DNA of 64,000 nt from a virus. Its lineage: Duplodnaviria > Caudoviricetes. Positions 18,977 to 28,804 of the stretch are shown here, piece by piece. Location: IMG/VR virus record IMGVR_UViG_3300045391_006539; one strand, written 5' to 3'. The first letter of the stretch is position 1. Each line of letters starts with the position of its first letter. Both the position numbers and the translations under genes were made by a program. Below the pieces are notes generated by a model. The model was not told where the DNA came from. It searched no databases and saw only the letters and a program-made list of their open reading frames with translations.

Positions 18977-19246
18977 TCAGCCGAGTGCACGTAGGTCATG
19001 AACCTCTTCGATGTTGGTGACCACCCATCCTGATTCGGTATCGGTGGTGTCTAGTCCCCCCAATTTCTCTAGGGTGGGAACTGGGTCGAGCACCTTTCGG
19101 TAGACCTCGGGTTCGTTACCGAACCGCACCTCGAAAAGCTCACTTCGGTCGCCCTTTTCATTCACCGTGAAAGGCCAACTCGGATGCGCAAAGAGAAAGA
19201 TGTTCCGGTGTGGATACCCAGTTCTGATGGTGAATTGATAAATCAT
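18977..19246 (-). CDS. Small hypothetical protein
   Basis: 89 aa filling the gap between + strand genes; SD GGAGG and GGAATAAG motif upstream. Confidence 0.6.
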   Translation of the reverse strand: MIYQFTIRTGYPHRNIFLFAHPSWPFTVNEKGDRSELFEVRFGNEPEVYRKVLDPVPTLEKLGGLDTTDTESGWVVTNIEEVHDLRALG

Positions 19247-19294
19247 CGCGTTCTAGTCCCTCCAGTCCGCTTATTCCGGTACTGGCAAACTCTT

Positions 19295-19303
19295 TGCTAT
19301 CCT
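19295..19303 (+). promoter_or_regulatory. Extended -10 promoter (TGC-TATCCT), probably leaderless transcript
   Basis: 7 nt upstream of ATG 19311; no SD. Confidence 0.45.
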
Positions 19304-19310
19304 CTCGGCC

Positions 19311-21662
19311 ATGCAGCCACTCTTCCTCGAGCCGCGAGTCGAGTTCCAAAAGACTGCGGCGATGACGCAGCTTCCTGAAGACCCAAACGCGTGGCCTCAC
19401 GAGATTCTGCAGGAGCTCTACAAGCAAGCACCCTACATCGCAGACTTCTCCCCGCACGTGGTGATGGAGAAGGTCGATGGGGAACAGGGGTATGGACTCG
19501 GGTTCGTAGAGGTGGGAAACCAGACCGAGATTCAGGCGGCTGCAACGCCCGAAGCCACGGCAGCATCTGGAGTGCGCAAGGTGCGCGTCCCCGTGGTCAT
19601 CAAGGACGGGATGCTCTTCCCCTTCGACTTGCTCGTGAGCGACGACTCGAAGGTCTTGCCGCTCACCGAGACGCGGCTACGTGCCGCCATCTTCCGTCCC
19701 CAGGCCTTCGACGTGACGAGTCGTACTCCTGGCGACCAGAGCATGATTGGCCAGCTCTATCCTCCATATCGCCAGAGCATGGGCTTTGGCAGCGGCACCA
19801 TGACGAGCGTTGGCATGGGCGGCATGGACAAGGGTGGCAGCGCGCTCGAGACCTACCTCGGCGAGAAGACGGCAGGCTTCCAGGAAGAAGCGGCGCAGTT
19901 CATGTCAGCGGACTACCTGCACGCGCCGGAGGGCACCAAGCAGGCACGCTACGGCAAGAAGGTCGCCTCGGGTGACGCGCGCGTCGGGATGATGGACGAG
20001 TTGCTTTCGAAGAGCGCCTCGGCGCTCGGCGCCGTCAACGCAGCGCTCGCGGGTCGAGGTGCAGCCAGTCAGGCCGTGAAGAATACGGCAGCGGCCAAGA
20101 GCCACGCCACGGCGGCGATGGTGCGCGCCAAGAACATCGCGAGCAAGAGCGGGCTCTTGAAGAAGACTGGGTCACTGCTCGCCGATATCGCGCCGACGGT
20201 TTACGAGAGCGACCTGCTCGCGTTCAAGCGCGCCATGGTCGACTCCGACCTGCAGCCCTTGCTCTACAAGAACGCAGCGGCCATGACCCCGGCACTCGAG
20301 GTGCTGCTCACGGTGCCAGAGCGGCCCAAGTTCGCCTCCGCTCTGCCCAGCCTGGTCTCGCCCACGGTGGTCCAGCTCAAGCGCACGGACGAGGGTTACA
20401 GGGTCAAGGCGGCGAGTCATCTCCTATGGGCGCCGTTCACGGAGGACATCGACCGCGGCGCCGCCGTCGCGCGCTTCGGCGAGAAGGTCGTCCTTGCAGC
20501 CGATTTGTCGGGTGCCGTCACTATGTCTGGGGAAGAACCCGCCGCCGAAGACATGGAAGCGGCGCAGCCCACCGCGGCGCCCAAATCTATAACGGCGCCG
20601 GGCGTCTATCGCGTGACCACGCCCGAGGGCGAGGACGTCGTCGGGCACGTCATTCCCAACCTGGTCGACATCGACGGCACGGAGTTGCCGCTCGCGCTCT
20701 TCACGAATGGTGAGCAGTCCATCGTGCAGGGTGACGTGGTGGGCGTTCCCGTAGACGAGGCCGTGGAACTACCCGCGGGAGCGAGCGAGCCTCACGGTCG
20801 TGGTGTATTTATCACCGAGGGTCCCGAAGGCACCAAAGCCACCATCCCGCTCGACATCCAGGGCTCGGTGGACATGGGCGATGGTGAGCCCTCGCTCTAT
20901 CGCGCCGAGAGTTTTACGGGTGAGCAGGTCATGGTCTCGCTCCAGCCCAACATCGTGGCCGTGACGGGCACCGAGGACGGCAAGATGCTCATCCCCTCGA
21001 GCTGGTCGTGGCTGCCACTCGACCATACGGATGCCGTAGCGCTCGAGTCCCAGGAAGATGGGCTCGGTGGCAAGACGGCCTCGCTCCGCGCTGCAGACTC
21101 CACCATCGAGCTCGTGAGCGGGCATGGCGGGACGTACTCGCTGCGGGGTCTACCCGTCGAGAAGCTCGCACATGACGAGCGCGAGATGCTCGGTCTCGAC
21201 GACACGATGTTTCTGCTCGCAGGTCTCGGTGTGCCGCAGAAGCGGGGCATCGAGAAGCTCGCCAAGGCGATGACTGGGCTCGAACCGGTGCAGGTGCGTG
21301 TGTATCACACACTCAAACTCGCGAGCGATGCGGCAGCGGAGGCCGTAGCCGCCGCGCGGGAGGTACTCGCACACCTACCCAACCTGCGCCAGCCCCATCT
21401 CTTCAAGGAAGCGGCAGTGCTCGGCGACCCCCAAGCCGTCGACACGGTGCTCGCTCTCGGGTTCCTAAACCCGGAGAATCTCACTACGTTCGTGGGCTAT
21501 CTGCCCGAGCTCGAGGCGAGCCAAGCCAAGCTCTGTGACATCTTGCTCGCGAGCCGTCTCGGCAGCCTCATCGAGACGCCCGAAGGCGCCGTCGAGCGCT
21601 CCGTGCGCAGCGTCGAGGCGGTACTCGAGGGGCTCAAAGCTCTGGCCTTCCAGCAGAACTGA
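19311..21662 (+). CDS. Large head-associated protein with many KxA motifs
   Basis: 783 aa; QKTA, EKTA, TKQA, KKVA, SKSA, YKNA, PKFA, GKTA, EKLA, LKLA, FKEA. Confidence 0.7.
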   Translation: MQPLFLEPRVEFQKTAAMTQLPEDPNAWPHEILQELYKQAPYIADFSPHVVMEKVDGEQGYGLGFVEVGNQTEIQAAATPEATAASGVRKVRVPVVIKDGMLFPFDLLVSDDSKVLPLTETRLRAAIFRPQAFDVTSRTPGDQSMIGQLYPPYRQSMGFGSGTMTSVGMGGMDKGGSALETYLGEKTAGFQEEAAQFMSADYLHAPEGTKQARYGKKVASGDARVGMMDELLSKSASALGAVNAALAGRGAASQAVKNTAAAKSHATAAMVRAKNIASKSGLLKKTGSLLADIAPTVYESDLLAFKRAMVDSDLQPLLYKNAAAMTPALEVLLTVPERPKFASALPSLVSPTVVQLKRTDEGYRVKAASHLLWAPFTEDIDRGAAVARFGEKVVLAADLSGAVTMSGEEPAAEDMEAAQPTAAPKSITAPGVYRVTTPEGEDVVGHVIPNLVDIDGTELPLALFTNGEQSIVQGDVVGVPVDEAVELPAGASEPHGRGVFITEGPEGTKATIPLDIQGSVDMGDGEPSLYRAESFTGEQVMVSLQPNIVAVTGTEDGKMLIPSSWSWLPLDHTDAVALESQEDGLGGKTASLRAADSTIELVSGHGGTYSLRGLPVEKLAHDEREMLGLDDTMFLLAGLGVPQKRGIEKLAKAMTGLEPVQVRVYHTLKLASDAAAEAVAAAREVLAHLPNLRQPHLFKEAAVLGDPQAVDTVLALGFLNPENLTTFVGYLPELEASQAKLCDILLASRLGSLIETPEGAVERSVRSVEAVLEGLKALAFQQN

Positions 21663-21677
21663 TTGCATTTCCCGAAG

Positions 21678-21786
21678 AGCTGGGCCAGGTTATGCCTGGG
21701 CCAGCTACCCCGGGGTCGTCTTCTCCGTTCAGCGTTTTTCCGTGGGTTCGTCGTGCTTCGCCCTGTTCGGGGTAGCTGGGCCCGGC
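21678..21786. promoter_or_regulatory. Intergenic element with two mutually exclusive hairpins
   Basis: 21678-21689 pairs with 21695-21706; alternatively 21701-21712 pairs perfectly with 21768-21779. Confidence 0.45.
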
Positions 21787-21796
21787 TTCGACCACC

Positions 21797-22729
21797 ATGA
21801 TTCGCTCGAGTCCTGCGGACTATTATTTGAAATATTTATGTACCCATCCCGAGGGGTACAAGAACGACCAGATACGGCGCCTCGTCAAGCTTCAAGGTCT
21901 CGACTTCTTGGGCATGGAGCATCTGCAGAACCTGCGAAGTGAGTGCACACCACCGACGCCGTTCTACCCAGAGGACAAGCTGCACCACTCGTCCATGCGC
22001 TTCCTCACCAAGGAACGCATCTACGGGCTCTATCATCCCGATGGGGACACCCTCATCGCCATCAAGTTGCTCGACAATCCCAAGGCCAAGGAGGTCGTCG
22101 AGAGCATGCTGGCCGCCGGCGCCGAGCCGGTCTTGATAGTCCACTCGCTCAAGCGCCTGCAATTCCAAGCGACGAGTCGAGCCGTCGAGCTCTACCAGCA
22201 TTTCTACTTCAACACGAAGCTCCTCGATTCGACAGAGCTCCGTGCCGTCTTGCTCATGCGGTCGCAGATAGATGTCGACCCGATGGATACGGATGCGAGC
22301 CGTTATCGGACTGCCTACGAGAAGGTCTCCAAGAGCAATGTACACATGCTGGCGCAGTCGTCTCCGCTCTCGCCCTTCAGCCGCATTCTAAACATGATGC
22401 AAGTTGGCATCATGCCAACGGGTGTGCAGATTGCGAAGCTCGCTACCATCGCGCGCATGGCTGCCGTGGTACGAACTGCCGAGAACTCCTTGCTGGGCCG
22501 CGCCGAGCGAGCCAGGGACTTCGCGCTCACTGGTAAAATCATGAACGAGCTCATCGAGAGCGTCGGTGACGCCTCGGGTGACTTGCAGAAGAGCATGATG
22601 GGTGTGGCGCTCGACACCGAGGCGAGTGCAGTGCCCAGTCTCGAGCAGCTCACACAGGGTAACTACACGGTAGAGTTACTCCCCGAGCGCGTAGGCGAAG
22701 ATTCCGAAGTGGAGGCAGCGAGTGAGTGA
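21797..22729 (+). CDS. Hypothetical protein (terminase small subunit candidate by position only)
   Basis: 310-aa helical ORF two genes upstream of the large terminase; no diagnostic motif. Confidence 0.55.
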   Translation: MIRSSPADYYLKYLCTHPEGYKNDQIRRLVKLQGLDFLGMEHLQNLRSECTPPTPFYPEDKLHHSSMRFLTKERIYGLYHPDGDTLIAIKLLDNPKAKEVVESMLAAGAEPVLIVHSLKRLQFQATSRAVELYQHFYFNTKLLDSTELRAVLLMRSQIDVDPMDTDASRYRTAYEKVSKSNVHMLAQSSPLSPFSRILNMMQVGIMPTGVQIAKLATIARMAAVVRTAENSLLGRAERARDFALTGKIMNELIESVGDASGDLQKSMMGVALDTEASAVPSLEQLTQGNYTVELLPERVGEDSEVEAASE

Positions 22730-23147
22730 GAGAACGGTAGTCCTGGGAGAAGTCGATGAGGACCGTGCGCGGCGCACCATCAGTGACATGCAGGCGGCCA
22801 GTGGTCCATCCTTGTCGGCTGTGATTGATGCAGTCCCCAAGTTCATCTCCGTCGATGACTTCACCACCTTTCGCGCCGAGTGGACGCTGCAGGATGGCAA
22901 CGTCATCGTTCACTTCTTCACGCCCTCCGTGGCCCCGACCATCGCGTACTGGACCGAGGTCTTCCCCGTGGCCCTCGACCGCGTTGGCCGCGAACACTTC
23001 GAGGCAGACAAGCCTAGGCTGCAGGCCAAGTATACGGTGGAGCTCAACTCCTGGTGGCTGCGTGCTTTGAAGTACGACCACATCATCGACATCGTCCGTT
23101 TCATGGATGCGTTCTTCGACAAGCTCGACGCTGCTCTCGAGGCATGA
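22722..23147 (+). CDS. Hypothetical protein
   Basis: 141 aa; SD GGAGG; overlaps the upstream stop. Confidence 0.65.
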   Translation: MSERTVVLGEVDEDRARRTISDMQAASGPSLSAVIDAVPKFISVDDFTTFRAEWTLQDGNVIVHFFTPSVAPTIAYWTEVFPVALDRVGREHFEADKPRLQAKYTVELNSWWLRALKYDHIIDIVRFMDAFFDKLDAALEA

Positions 23148-23388
23148 GACCGAAGCTCAGAAACCGCTTCTCGAAGACGAGGTCTTTCAGCATCCAGCCC
23201 GCCTCCTTCGTGTGCCAGCGCATGAAGTGACGCACCATGGGTCTCATCTTGACGGGGATGACCTCGCGCGCCTGGAAGTAGATTAGGTATCCGTCCTCCA
23301 GTGTCTGGATGACCGGGTTGTAGAATATCTCGTACGCTCTCTGTAGAGAGGCGAGCAGGTCTTCCACATAGGTATCTACTTTCATCAT
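23101..23388 (-). CDS. Small hypothetical protein
   Basis: 95 aa of globular-looking sequence filling the gap; its start overlaps the terminase start at CATG. Confidence 0.5.
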   Translation of the reverse strand: MMKVDTYVEDLLASLQRAYEIFYNPVIQTLEDGYLIYFQAREVIPVKMRPMVRHFMRWHTKEAGWMLKDLVFEKRFLSFGLMPREQRRACRRTHP

Positions 23389-26266
23389 GGCAGCAGCCGA
23401 AGTCTATCTCGACAACGACGAAGAGGAACTCCCAGATGTCTCTGCGAGCCATCCGGATTACATCTGGCAGCCTGAAGAGGACCCCGAGGAGCCGGACCTG
23501 CTAATCCGCGAGGAAGCCATTGCGAAGCTACCCAAACTACCACGGGTCAAGCCGAGCGTCTTCACGCAGACTGCCTTTCTCATGCCCACCGAGGTGGGTG
23601 AGGGTGACCAGCAGACCATAGAGCTCAGGAACTTCTCGTTCAAGGAGCGCCCGCACCTGCGCCGCATCTACGATACGGCGTGTCGTCGTGTATTGCTCAT
23701 GTGCGCTCGTCAGGTGGAGAAGTCCACCCTGCTCGGCAATATCTCCATCGCGTACTCGTGCATCGTCCCCGGCTACCGCACGCTCTACGTCTCGCCCTCT
23801 GCCACTCAGACCAAGACCTTCAGCGCCGACCGCATCAAGGAGCCGCTCGAGACCAGCACCTTCCTTCGTCAGTTCACGACGAAGATGCTCTCCATGAACA
23901 TCCTGGAGAAGCAGTTCATCAATCGCAGCAAGATTACCCTGCGCTACGCGTTCCTCAACGCCGACCGCTGCCGAGGAATTCCGGCATGGGCTCTGTTCCT
24001 GGATGAGATTCAGGACATCCTCGCCGACAACATCCCCGTCATCGAGGCCTGCCAGAACCACGCGCCCAAGCGCTGGCGTCGCAACATCTACAGCGGCACT
24101 CCGAAGTCCCTCGACAACACCATCGAGACTTACTGGTCGTCGATGAGCACGATGAACGAGTGGGTCGTGCCCTGTGAGGGGTGCAACAACTGGAACATCC
24201 TGGGCGAGAAGAACATCGGCAGGAAGGGCATCGTCTGTACCAAGTGCGGCAAGTACCTGAACGCTCAGCACCCACGAGCTCAGTGGGCCGCGCAGCGCCA
24301 GTTCGACGACGTGAAGGTCCCCTTCGAGGGCTACCGCATCAGTCAGTTGATGGTGCCCTGGGTGGACTGGAACGAAATTCTCATTGCCTATGAGAAGCAC
24401 GGGCGTGACAAGTTTTATAACGAGACGCTCGGCATTTCGTACGACTCGGGCATGCGCCCGCTCACTCGGGCGCAGGTCATGGCGGTTTGCAACCCCGAGA
24501 TTACGATGTATGACTCGAAGCAGCGCGAGTACTACAAGCAGCTCAGCGCTGCTCAGCCCATCTTCGCTGGCATTGATTGGGGATGTCATGACGAAGACAC
24601 CCGCATCCTGACGAGGGATGGCTTCAAGTACTTTCGAGACCTGGGTGACAAGGACGAGGTTGCTCAGTGGGACCCAGACACTCGGGAGATGACTTACACC
24701 AAACCGAAGGCCGTGACCGTGAGGGATTGGGACCAGCCCCTTCTGCACTTCAAGACCAAGGGTGGTCTCGACATGATGTTGACCCACACCCATCGCATGC
24801 GGGTGGGCGCCCAGCAGGGGGAGCACTGGCTGACGGAATCTGCAGGTGAGCTTGCTGAGCGGGGTGGCAACGTGAAGTTCGTGGGCCACGTCGAGTGGAA
24901 GGGCGACTTCGATGCCGTGGGCTTCATCTTGCCAGGTCTACCAAAGAGTCCTGGCTACAAGGGTTCCGAGGACGTTGAGTACAGAATGGACGACTGGCTC
25001 GAGTTCCTCGGCTATGTCCTGTCCGAGGGTGGTGTTTGCCTGAAGAAGAACAAGGTAGGTGAGCTCGTTCCTTACTGCGTGAAGATGTCACAGCGGGAGA
25101 CAGTGAGTCCAGAGAAGTACGAGAAGATTCGTATGTGCATGGTGCGTATGGGTCTCAACTTCACGGCATTTCCCAACCCGAAGACGGGCGATGTCAACTG
25201 GACCATCTACGGTAAGCAGCTCTGGAGCTGGCTTGCCAAGCATGTAGGGATGACGGGTGACGTGAAGCGCATCCCCGCCATGTTCAAGCGTCTCTCTAAG
25301 CGGCAACTGCGCATTCTGTTCGACGCCATGCTCCTCGGTGACGGTTACGTAGACCCACGGGATGGTTGCACGGGTGGCGCCTACTACTCGACGTCGAAGA
25401 AACTCTGCGAGGATTTTCAGGAACTCTGCATCAAGTTGGGTCTACGTTGCGTGGTGCGTCTGCACAAACCAGCCGCAGGCAATCGCAAGGCTCGCTACCG
25501 TGCATCTTGGTCTGTGGGCAGGGACTATACATTCAACAAGCCCAGCACCAGCATCGAGCGAGTCCCCTACAAGGGCAAGGTCTACTGCTGCTCGGTGCCC
25601 ACGGGCTACATCGTGACCGAGCGCAATGGTTGCATTGCGTATCAGGGCAACACGGGCGAACATTCGTACACGGTGCTCACCCTGGCCACGTACATCGGGC
25701 GCAAGTTCCGCTGCTTCTACATCCACCGCTTCGTCGGCGAGGAGACGGAGCCCGACCGGCAGATAGAGCTCATCATCGAGACCTTGCGCTACTACAACGT
25801 GGCGCTCATCGGTTGTGACTATGGTGGTGGTCACTACCCGAACGACAAACTCGTTCGTGTCTTCGGTCCCAACAAGGTCTGGAAGTATCAGTACTCCAAC
25901 ACGCCGAAGCAGGCATACAAGTGGAACCCGCAGCTCCTACGCTTCATGCTCCACCGCACCGAAGTGATGAGCCAAATCTTCAATGCCATCAAGCGCCGGC
26001 GTGAATGTGAGTTTCCTCGCTGGGAGGAGTTCGAGAAGCCCTACGCTCAGGACTTCCTCAACATCTACAGTGAGGACAACAAGATGACGCGCATCATTCA
26101 GTACAAGCATGCGCTCGACAAGCCCGACGACAGCTTCCATTCGTTCCTCTACTGCTGGCTGGTCTCGATGCTGAAGTTCCGTCGCCCAGACATCATCAAG
26201 CCCAACCGCGAGGACGCGAAGGGCAATCAGGTGCCCATCTATACGGGGCCTGTCGAGCAGTCGTGA
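23387..26266 (+). CDS. terL: Terminase large subunit (GpA-like), intein-containing
   Basis: Walker A ARQVEKST, Walker B LFLDEIQD, SGTPKS, CEGC/CTKC Zn finger, nuclease GIDWG and PDDSFHS. Confidence 0.9.
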   Translation: MAAAEVYLDNDEEELPDVSASHPDYIWQPEEDPEEPDLLIREEAIAKLPKLPRVKPSVFTQTAFLMPTEVGEGDQQTIELRNFSFKERPHLRRIYDTACRRVLLMCARQVEKSTLLGNISIAYSCIVPGYRTLYVSPSATQTKTFSADRIKEPLETSTFLRQFTTKMLSMNILEKQFINRSKITLRYAFLNADRCRGIPAWALFLDEIQDILADNIPVIEACQNHAPKRWRRNIYSGTPKSLDNTIETYWSSMSTMNEWVVPCEGCNNWNILGEKNIGRKGIVCTKCGKYLNAQHPRAQWAAQRQFDDVKVPFEGYRISQLMVPWVDWNEILIAYEKHGRDKFYNETLGISYDSGMRPLTRAQVMAVCNPEITMYDSKQREYYKQLSAAQPIFAGIDWGCHDEDTRILTRDGFKYFRDLGDKDEVAQWDPDTREMTYTKPKAVTVRDWDQPLLHFKTKGGLDMMLTHTHRMRVGAQQGEHWLTESAGELAERGGNVKFVGHVEWKGDFDAVGFILPGLPKSPGYKGSEDVEYRMDDWLEFLGYVLSEGGVCLKKNKVGELVPYCVKMSQRETVSPEKYEKIRMCMVRMGLNFTAFPNPKTGDVNWTIYGKQLWSWLAKHVGMTGDVKRIPAMFKRLSKRQLRILFDAMLLGDGYVDPRDGCTGGAYYSTSKKLCEDFQELCIKLGLRCVVRLHKPAAGNRKARYRASWSVGRDYTFNKPSTSIERVPYKGKVYCCSVPTGYIVTERNGCIAYQGNTGEHSYTVLTLATYIGRKFRCFYIHRFVGEETEPDRQIELIIETLRYYNVALIGCDYGGGHYPNDKLVRVFGPNKVWKYQYSNTPKQAYKWNPQLLRFMLHRTEVMSQIFNAIKRRRECEFPRWEEFEKPYAQDFLNIYSEDNKMTRIIQYKHALDKPDDSFHSFLYCWLVSMLKFRRPDIIKPNREDAKGNQVPIYTGPVEQS
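24584..25651 (+). mobile_element. Intein with LAGLIDADG homing endonuclease (356 aa)
   Basis: Starts CHDEDTRILTRDG; block B LTHTHRM; FLGYVLSEGG and LFDAMLLGDG; ends VTERNGCIAYQGN before Thr+1. Confidence 0.92.
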
Positions 26267-26268
26267 GA

Positions 26269-27000
26269 CTACTCGTTGCGGGGCGCCTCCCAGACGAGGT
26301 TGTTCATCGATAGCGCGATGACATCTTCGTGGGGGCACCCCTTGACCTCGGGAAACATCTCGGCGGCGAGCTCTTTGCCGTAGAGCGTGCGCACGTGAAA
26401 GTAGGCGGTACGTCGGGCTGTGCGTAGTCCCGTGTTCAAGAGCTGGTAGGTCGTCTCGAGCTCGGGGTTGTAGCGGGTGACGAGGACATCCTGCCCGTCG
26501 CAGAGCTTGCGACCGAGCCTGAGGAAGGCCCGCCAGGGTTCCTTCTGGTCGGTGTAGAAGGTGATGGCCTCGAAGTGACTCTCGGTCAGACCGTATAGGG
26601 TCTTGGCCCACTCGAGCAGGACGGTAGGATTGCGACTGGCTGGCTCGCGCAGTGCGTCCTCTGCTCGGAGCAGAAGACTCACGACCGAGTCCCGGTCTGT
26701 GGCGATGTGTGGCGTGTTCAAACCCAGCACGAAACGAATCTGGTCGAGTTCACGGCGCAGGGCGCGTGCCTCCATGGACGCACGCTTGGCTTCGACGAAG
26801 GCGGCCTCCGGATTACTACCCTTCTCGCGAATCTCCTTCAGCGCTGCGATGTCCGTCATTCGATAGAGTCGATTGGCGACAGTCGAGGGGCTCTCTGGAG
26901 CGGGTTTCAAGATGCCCCGGCGCAGCATCTTTTGTAGTTGTGAGCTAGTGACACCGAGGATGGACGCAGCTTGTTCGCCATTCACGAGCTCGTATTTCAT
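26269..27000 (-). CDS. MerR/excisionase-like HTH DNA-binding protein
   Basis: EQAASILGVTSSQLQKMLRRGIL...RLYRMTDI, then a coiled coil. Confidence 0.7.
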   Translation of the reverse strand: MKYELVNGEQAASILGVTSSQLQKMLRRGILKPAPESPSTVANRLYRMTDIAALKEIREKGSNPEAAFVEAKRASMEARALRRELDQIRFVLGLNTPHIATDRDSVVSLLLRAEDALREPASRNPTVLLEWAKTLYGLTESHFEAITFYTDQKEPWRAFLRLGRKLCDGQDVLVTRYNPELETTYQLLNTGLRTARRTAYFHVRTLYGKELAAEMFPEVKGCPHEDVIALSMNNLVWEAPRNE

Positions 27001-27090
27001 CGCTCGAGTGAGACACATCGAGGCCCTCGCGTCTAGGCCCCTTCCTTCCCTTGACTACATGCCACGGTATATTCTTACCCCGGAGGACCG

Positions 27091-28332
27091 ATGGAAGACC
27101 TACCCACCGCACTATTGACGCAGCAAGAGCATGCGCGAGCGAGAACTGGCGAGGAACTGGAGACGTTCGGCAAGCATGCCTCGAAGCTCTACCTCCGGGG
27201 AAAATGTGAGACGCTGAGCGAGGCTGTGGTCGAGGCGGTGAAGACCGCTGGTCTGTCCCCAGAACAGGTCAAGCGCGTCGTCGAGTTCGCCAATACGAGC
27301 ACCTACCTCGAGAAGTTTGCGAGCGAAGACTCGACCCACAAGGTCATCAACTTCGAGGGCGGCCCAGCCTCCTTCCCCGACGTCATCCGCGACCTCAATG
27401 ACGGTGGTGGGGGCTCGGTCTACGATTCTGCCCAGGGCGACTACTCGCTCCCACCCCCAGACGTGGAGAAGATGGCGGCTGCCAACCTCGCTCGGCTGGG
27501 GTTCATGGACGGGAAGCTGGCGAGCGCCTTCGCCGTCGACGAGATTCCGCTGCCCTATGGAGAGCCACTGCGTGACGCCATCGACATGAAGGACAAGCTC
27601 GCGAGTCTCTACGATGAGGCCATGAGCGAGCTCGGCAGTCTCGAGACCCGCTATATGGACCTCTGCGACCTGATGTTTGGGCAGGTCAAGCAGGCCTCGC
27701 TCGAGGGCGTGCCACTCGGTCAGCTCGTTCCGCTCTTTGCATCGGTCACCGAAGACCCCGCCTTCCTCAAGGCGGCCTTCGCCGAGCTCGGTCCGCGCCT
27801 CGTGGACAACCGGGTCTTCGAGACTCACGATGCCATGAGCGAGTCGCTCATGAAGACCGCGGGCGCCGGTATGCCCAATCCCCAGCACCCCCTCGTCGGT
27901 ATCTACGCGGACTTCTGCGAGACGCTCGCGAAGCTGGCCGCCACCCGCCAGGTGAGCGAGGACGTCGTCGCCAACCTCGACACGTTGCAGACCTTCATCA
28001 AGAAGGCTTCTGCGGCCACGGCTGGCGAGAGCGTCGGCAAGGTCCTCGGTGCCATCCCAAAAGCCTGGAGGGCCGTCACGGGAGCGGCGGCCCACGCCTC
28101 GCAGCCTGTTGAGCAGTTCGTCGAGAAGGCGGTGGGTCCCAATGCGGCATGGGCAGCGAGCCGCGCCGTCAAGTACGCCCCTCATGCGGCGACGGCACTC
28201 GCGGGCGAAGAGGTCTACCAGCGCGCCAAGGCCAACCCCGCCATCCAGGGCGCGGAGAACTTCGTGCTCTCGCGTCTCCCCTATACTCGTCAGAACATGG
28301 CGCGACAGTACAACTTGCAGATGGGTTACTGA
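27091..28332 (+). CDS. Head-associated protein with many KxA motifs
   Basis: SD GGAGG; VKTA, EKFA, EKMA, GKLA, VKQA, MKTA, AKLA, IKKA. Confidence 0.7.
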   Translation: MEDLPTALLTQQEHARARTGEELETFGKHASKLYLRGKCETLSEAVVEAVKTAGLSPEQVKRVVEFANTSTYLEKFASEDSTHKVINFEGGPASFPDVIRDLNDGGGGSVYDSAQGDYSLPPPDVEKMAAANLARLGFMDGKLASAFAVDEIPLPYGEPLRDAIDMKDKLASLYDEAMSELGSLETRYMDLCDLMFGQVKQASLEGVPLGQLVPLFASVTEDPAFLKAAFAELGPRLVDNRVFETHDAMSESLMKTAGAGMPNPQHPLVGIYADFCETLAKLAATRQVSEDVVANLDTLQTFIKKASAATAGESVGKVLGAIPKAWRAVTGAAAHASQPVEQFVEKAVGPNAAWAASRAVKYAPHAATALAGEEVYQRAKANPAIQGAENFVLSRLPYTRQNMARQYNLQMGY

Positions 28333-28333
28333 G

Positions 28334-28801
28334 ATGAGCAATCCCCTCGAAGACTACCTGGCGACCAAGCCCAAGACCAAGACGGCCTTCCTCGGCATGT
28401 CGGGCAGCAGTATCAAGAATGGCATCACCATGGGTGCCGAGGAAGCCATCGGCAAGGGCGTCGTGGGTCTAGCTGCGACAGGTATCGGTATCGCTGCACT
28501 CAAGACCATGCGCGCCCTGGGCAAGGCCCGGGACTTCAAGAACATGATGGCGCTCAACCCAGACCTGGTCGAGTACCACGACCAGAACCCGGCGCAGTTC
28601 AACGCCCACTACAACTCGCTCCGAGCCATGGCTCCAGCGTACGGGCAAGACCCCGTCATCTCCGGCACGCTCATGCGCCAGATGAACAACAGTCCCATGC
28701 ACGCCGGCGGCGTCCTGATGAGCGCACTCGAGGGCGCTCAGAAGTCCTCGCCGTCGTTCACTGCCAGCATGGACCCGCTCAAGGTGCAGGGTCGCTTCTG
28801 A
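28334..28801 (+). CDS. Small head-associated protein with KTA and a hydrophobic Gly-rich helix
   Basis: Internal ATG of track ORF 28049; MSNPLEDYLATKPKTKTA|FLG...GVVGLAATGIGIAAL. Confidence 0.65.
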   Translation: MSNPLEDYLATKPKTKTAFLGMSGSSIKNGITMGAEEAIGKGVVGLAATGIGIAALKTMRALGKARDFKNMMALNPDLVEYHDQNPAQFNAHYNSLRAMAPAYGQDPVISGTLMRQMNNSPMHAGGVLMSALEGAQKSSPSFTASMDPLKVQGRF

Positions 28802-28804
28802 GCG

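Noticed and set aside
21720-21765. Two ACGGA motifs on the - strand suggesting a CsrA/RsmA sponge
   Set aside because: Only two copies, not in evident individual hairpin loops.
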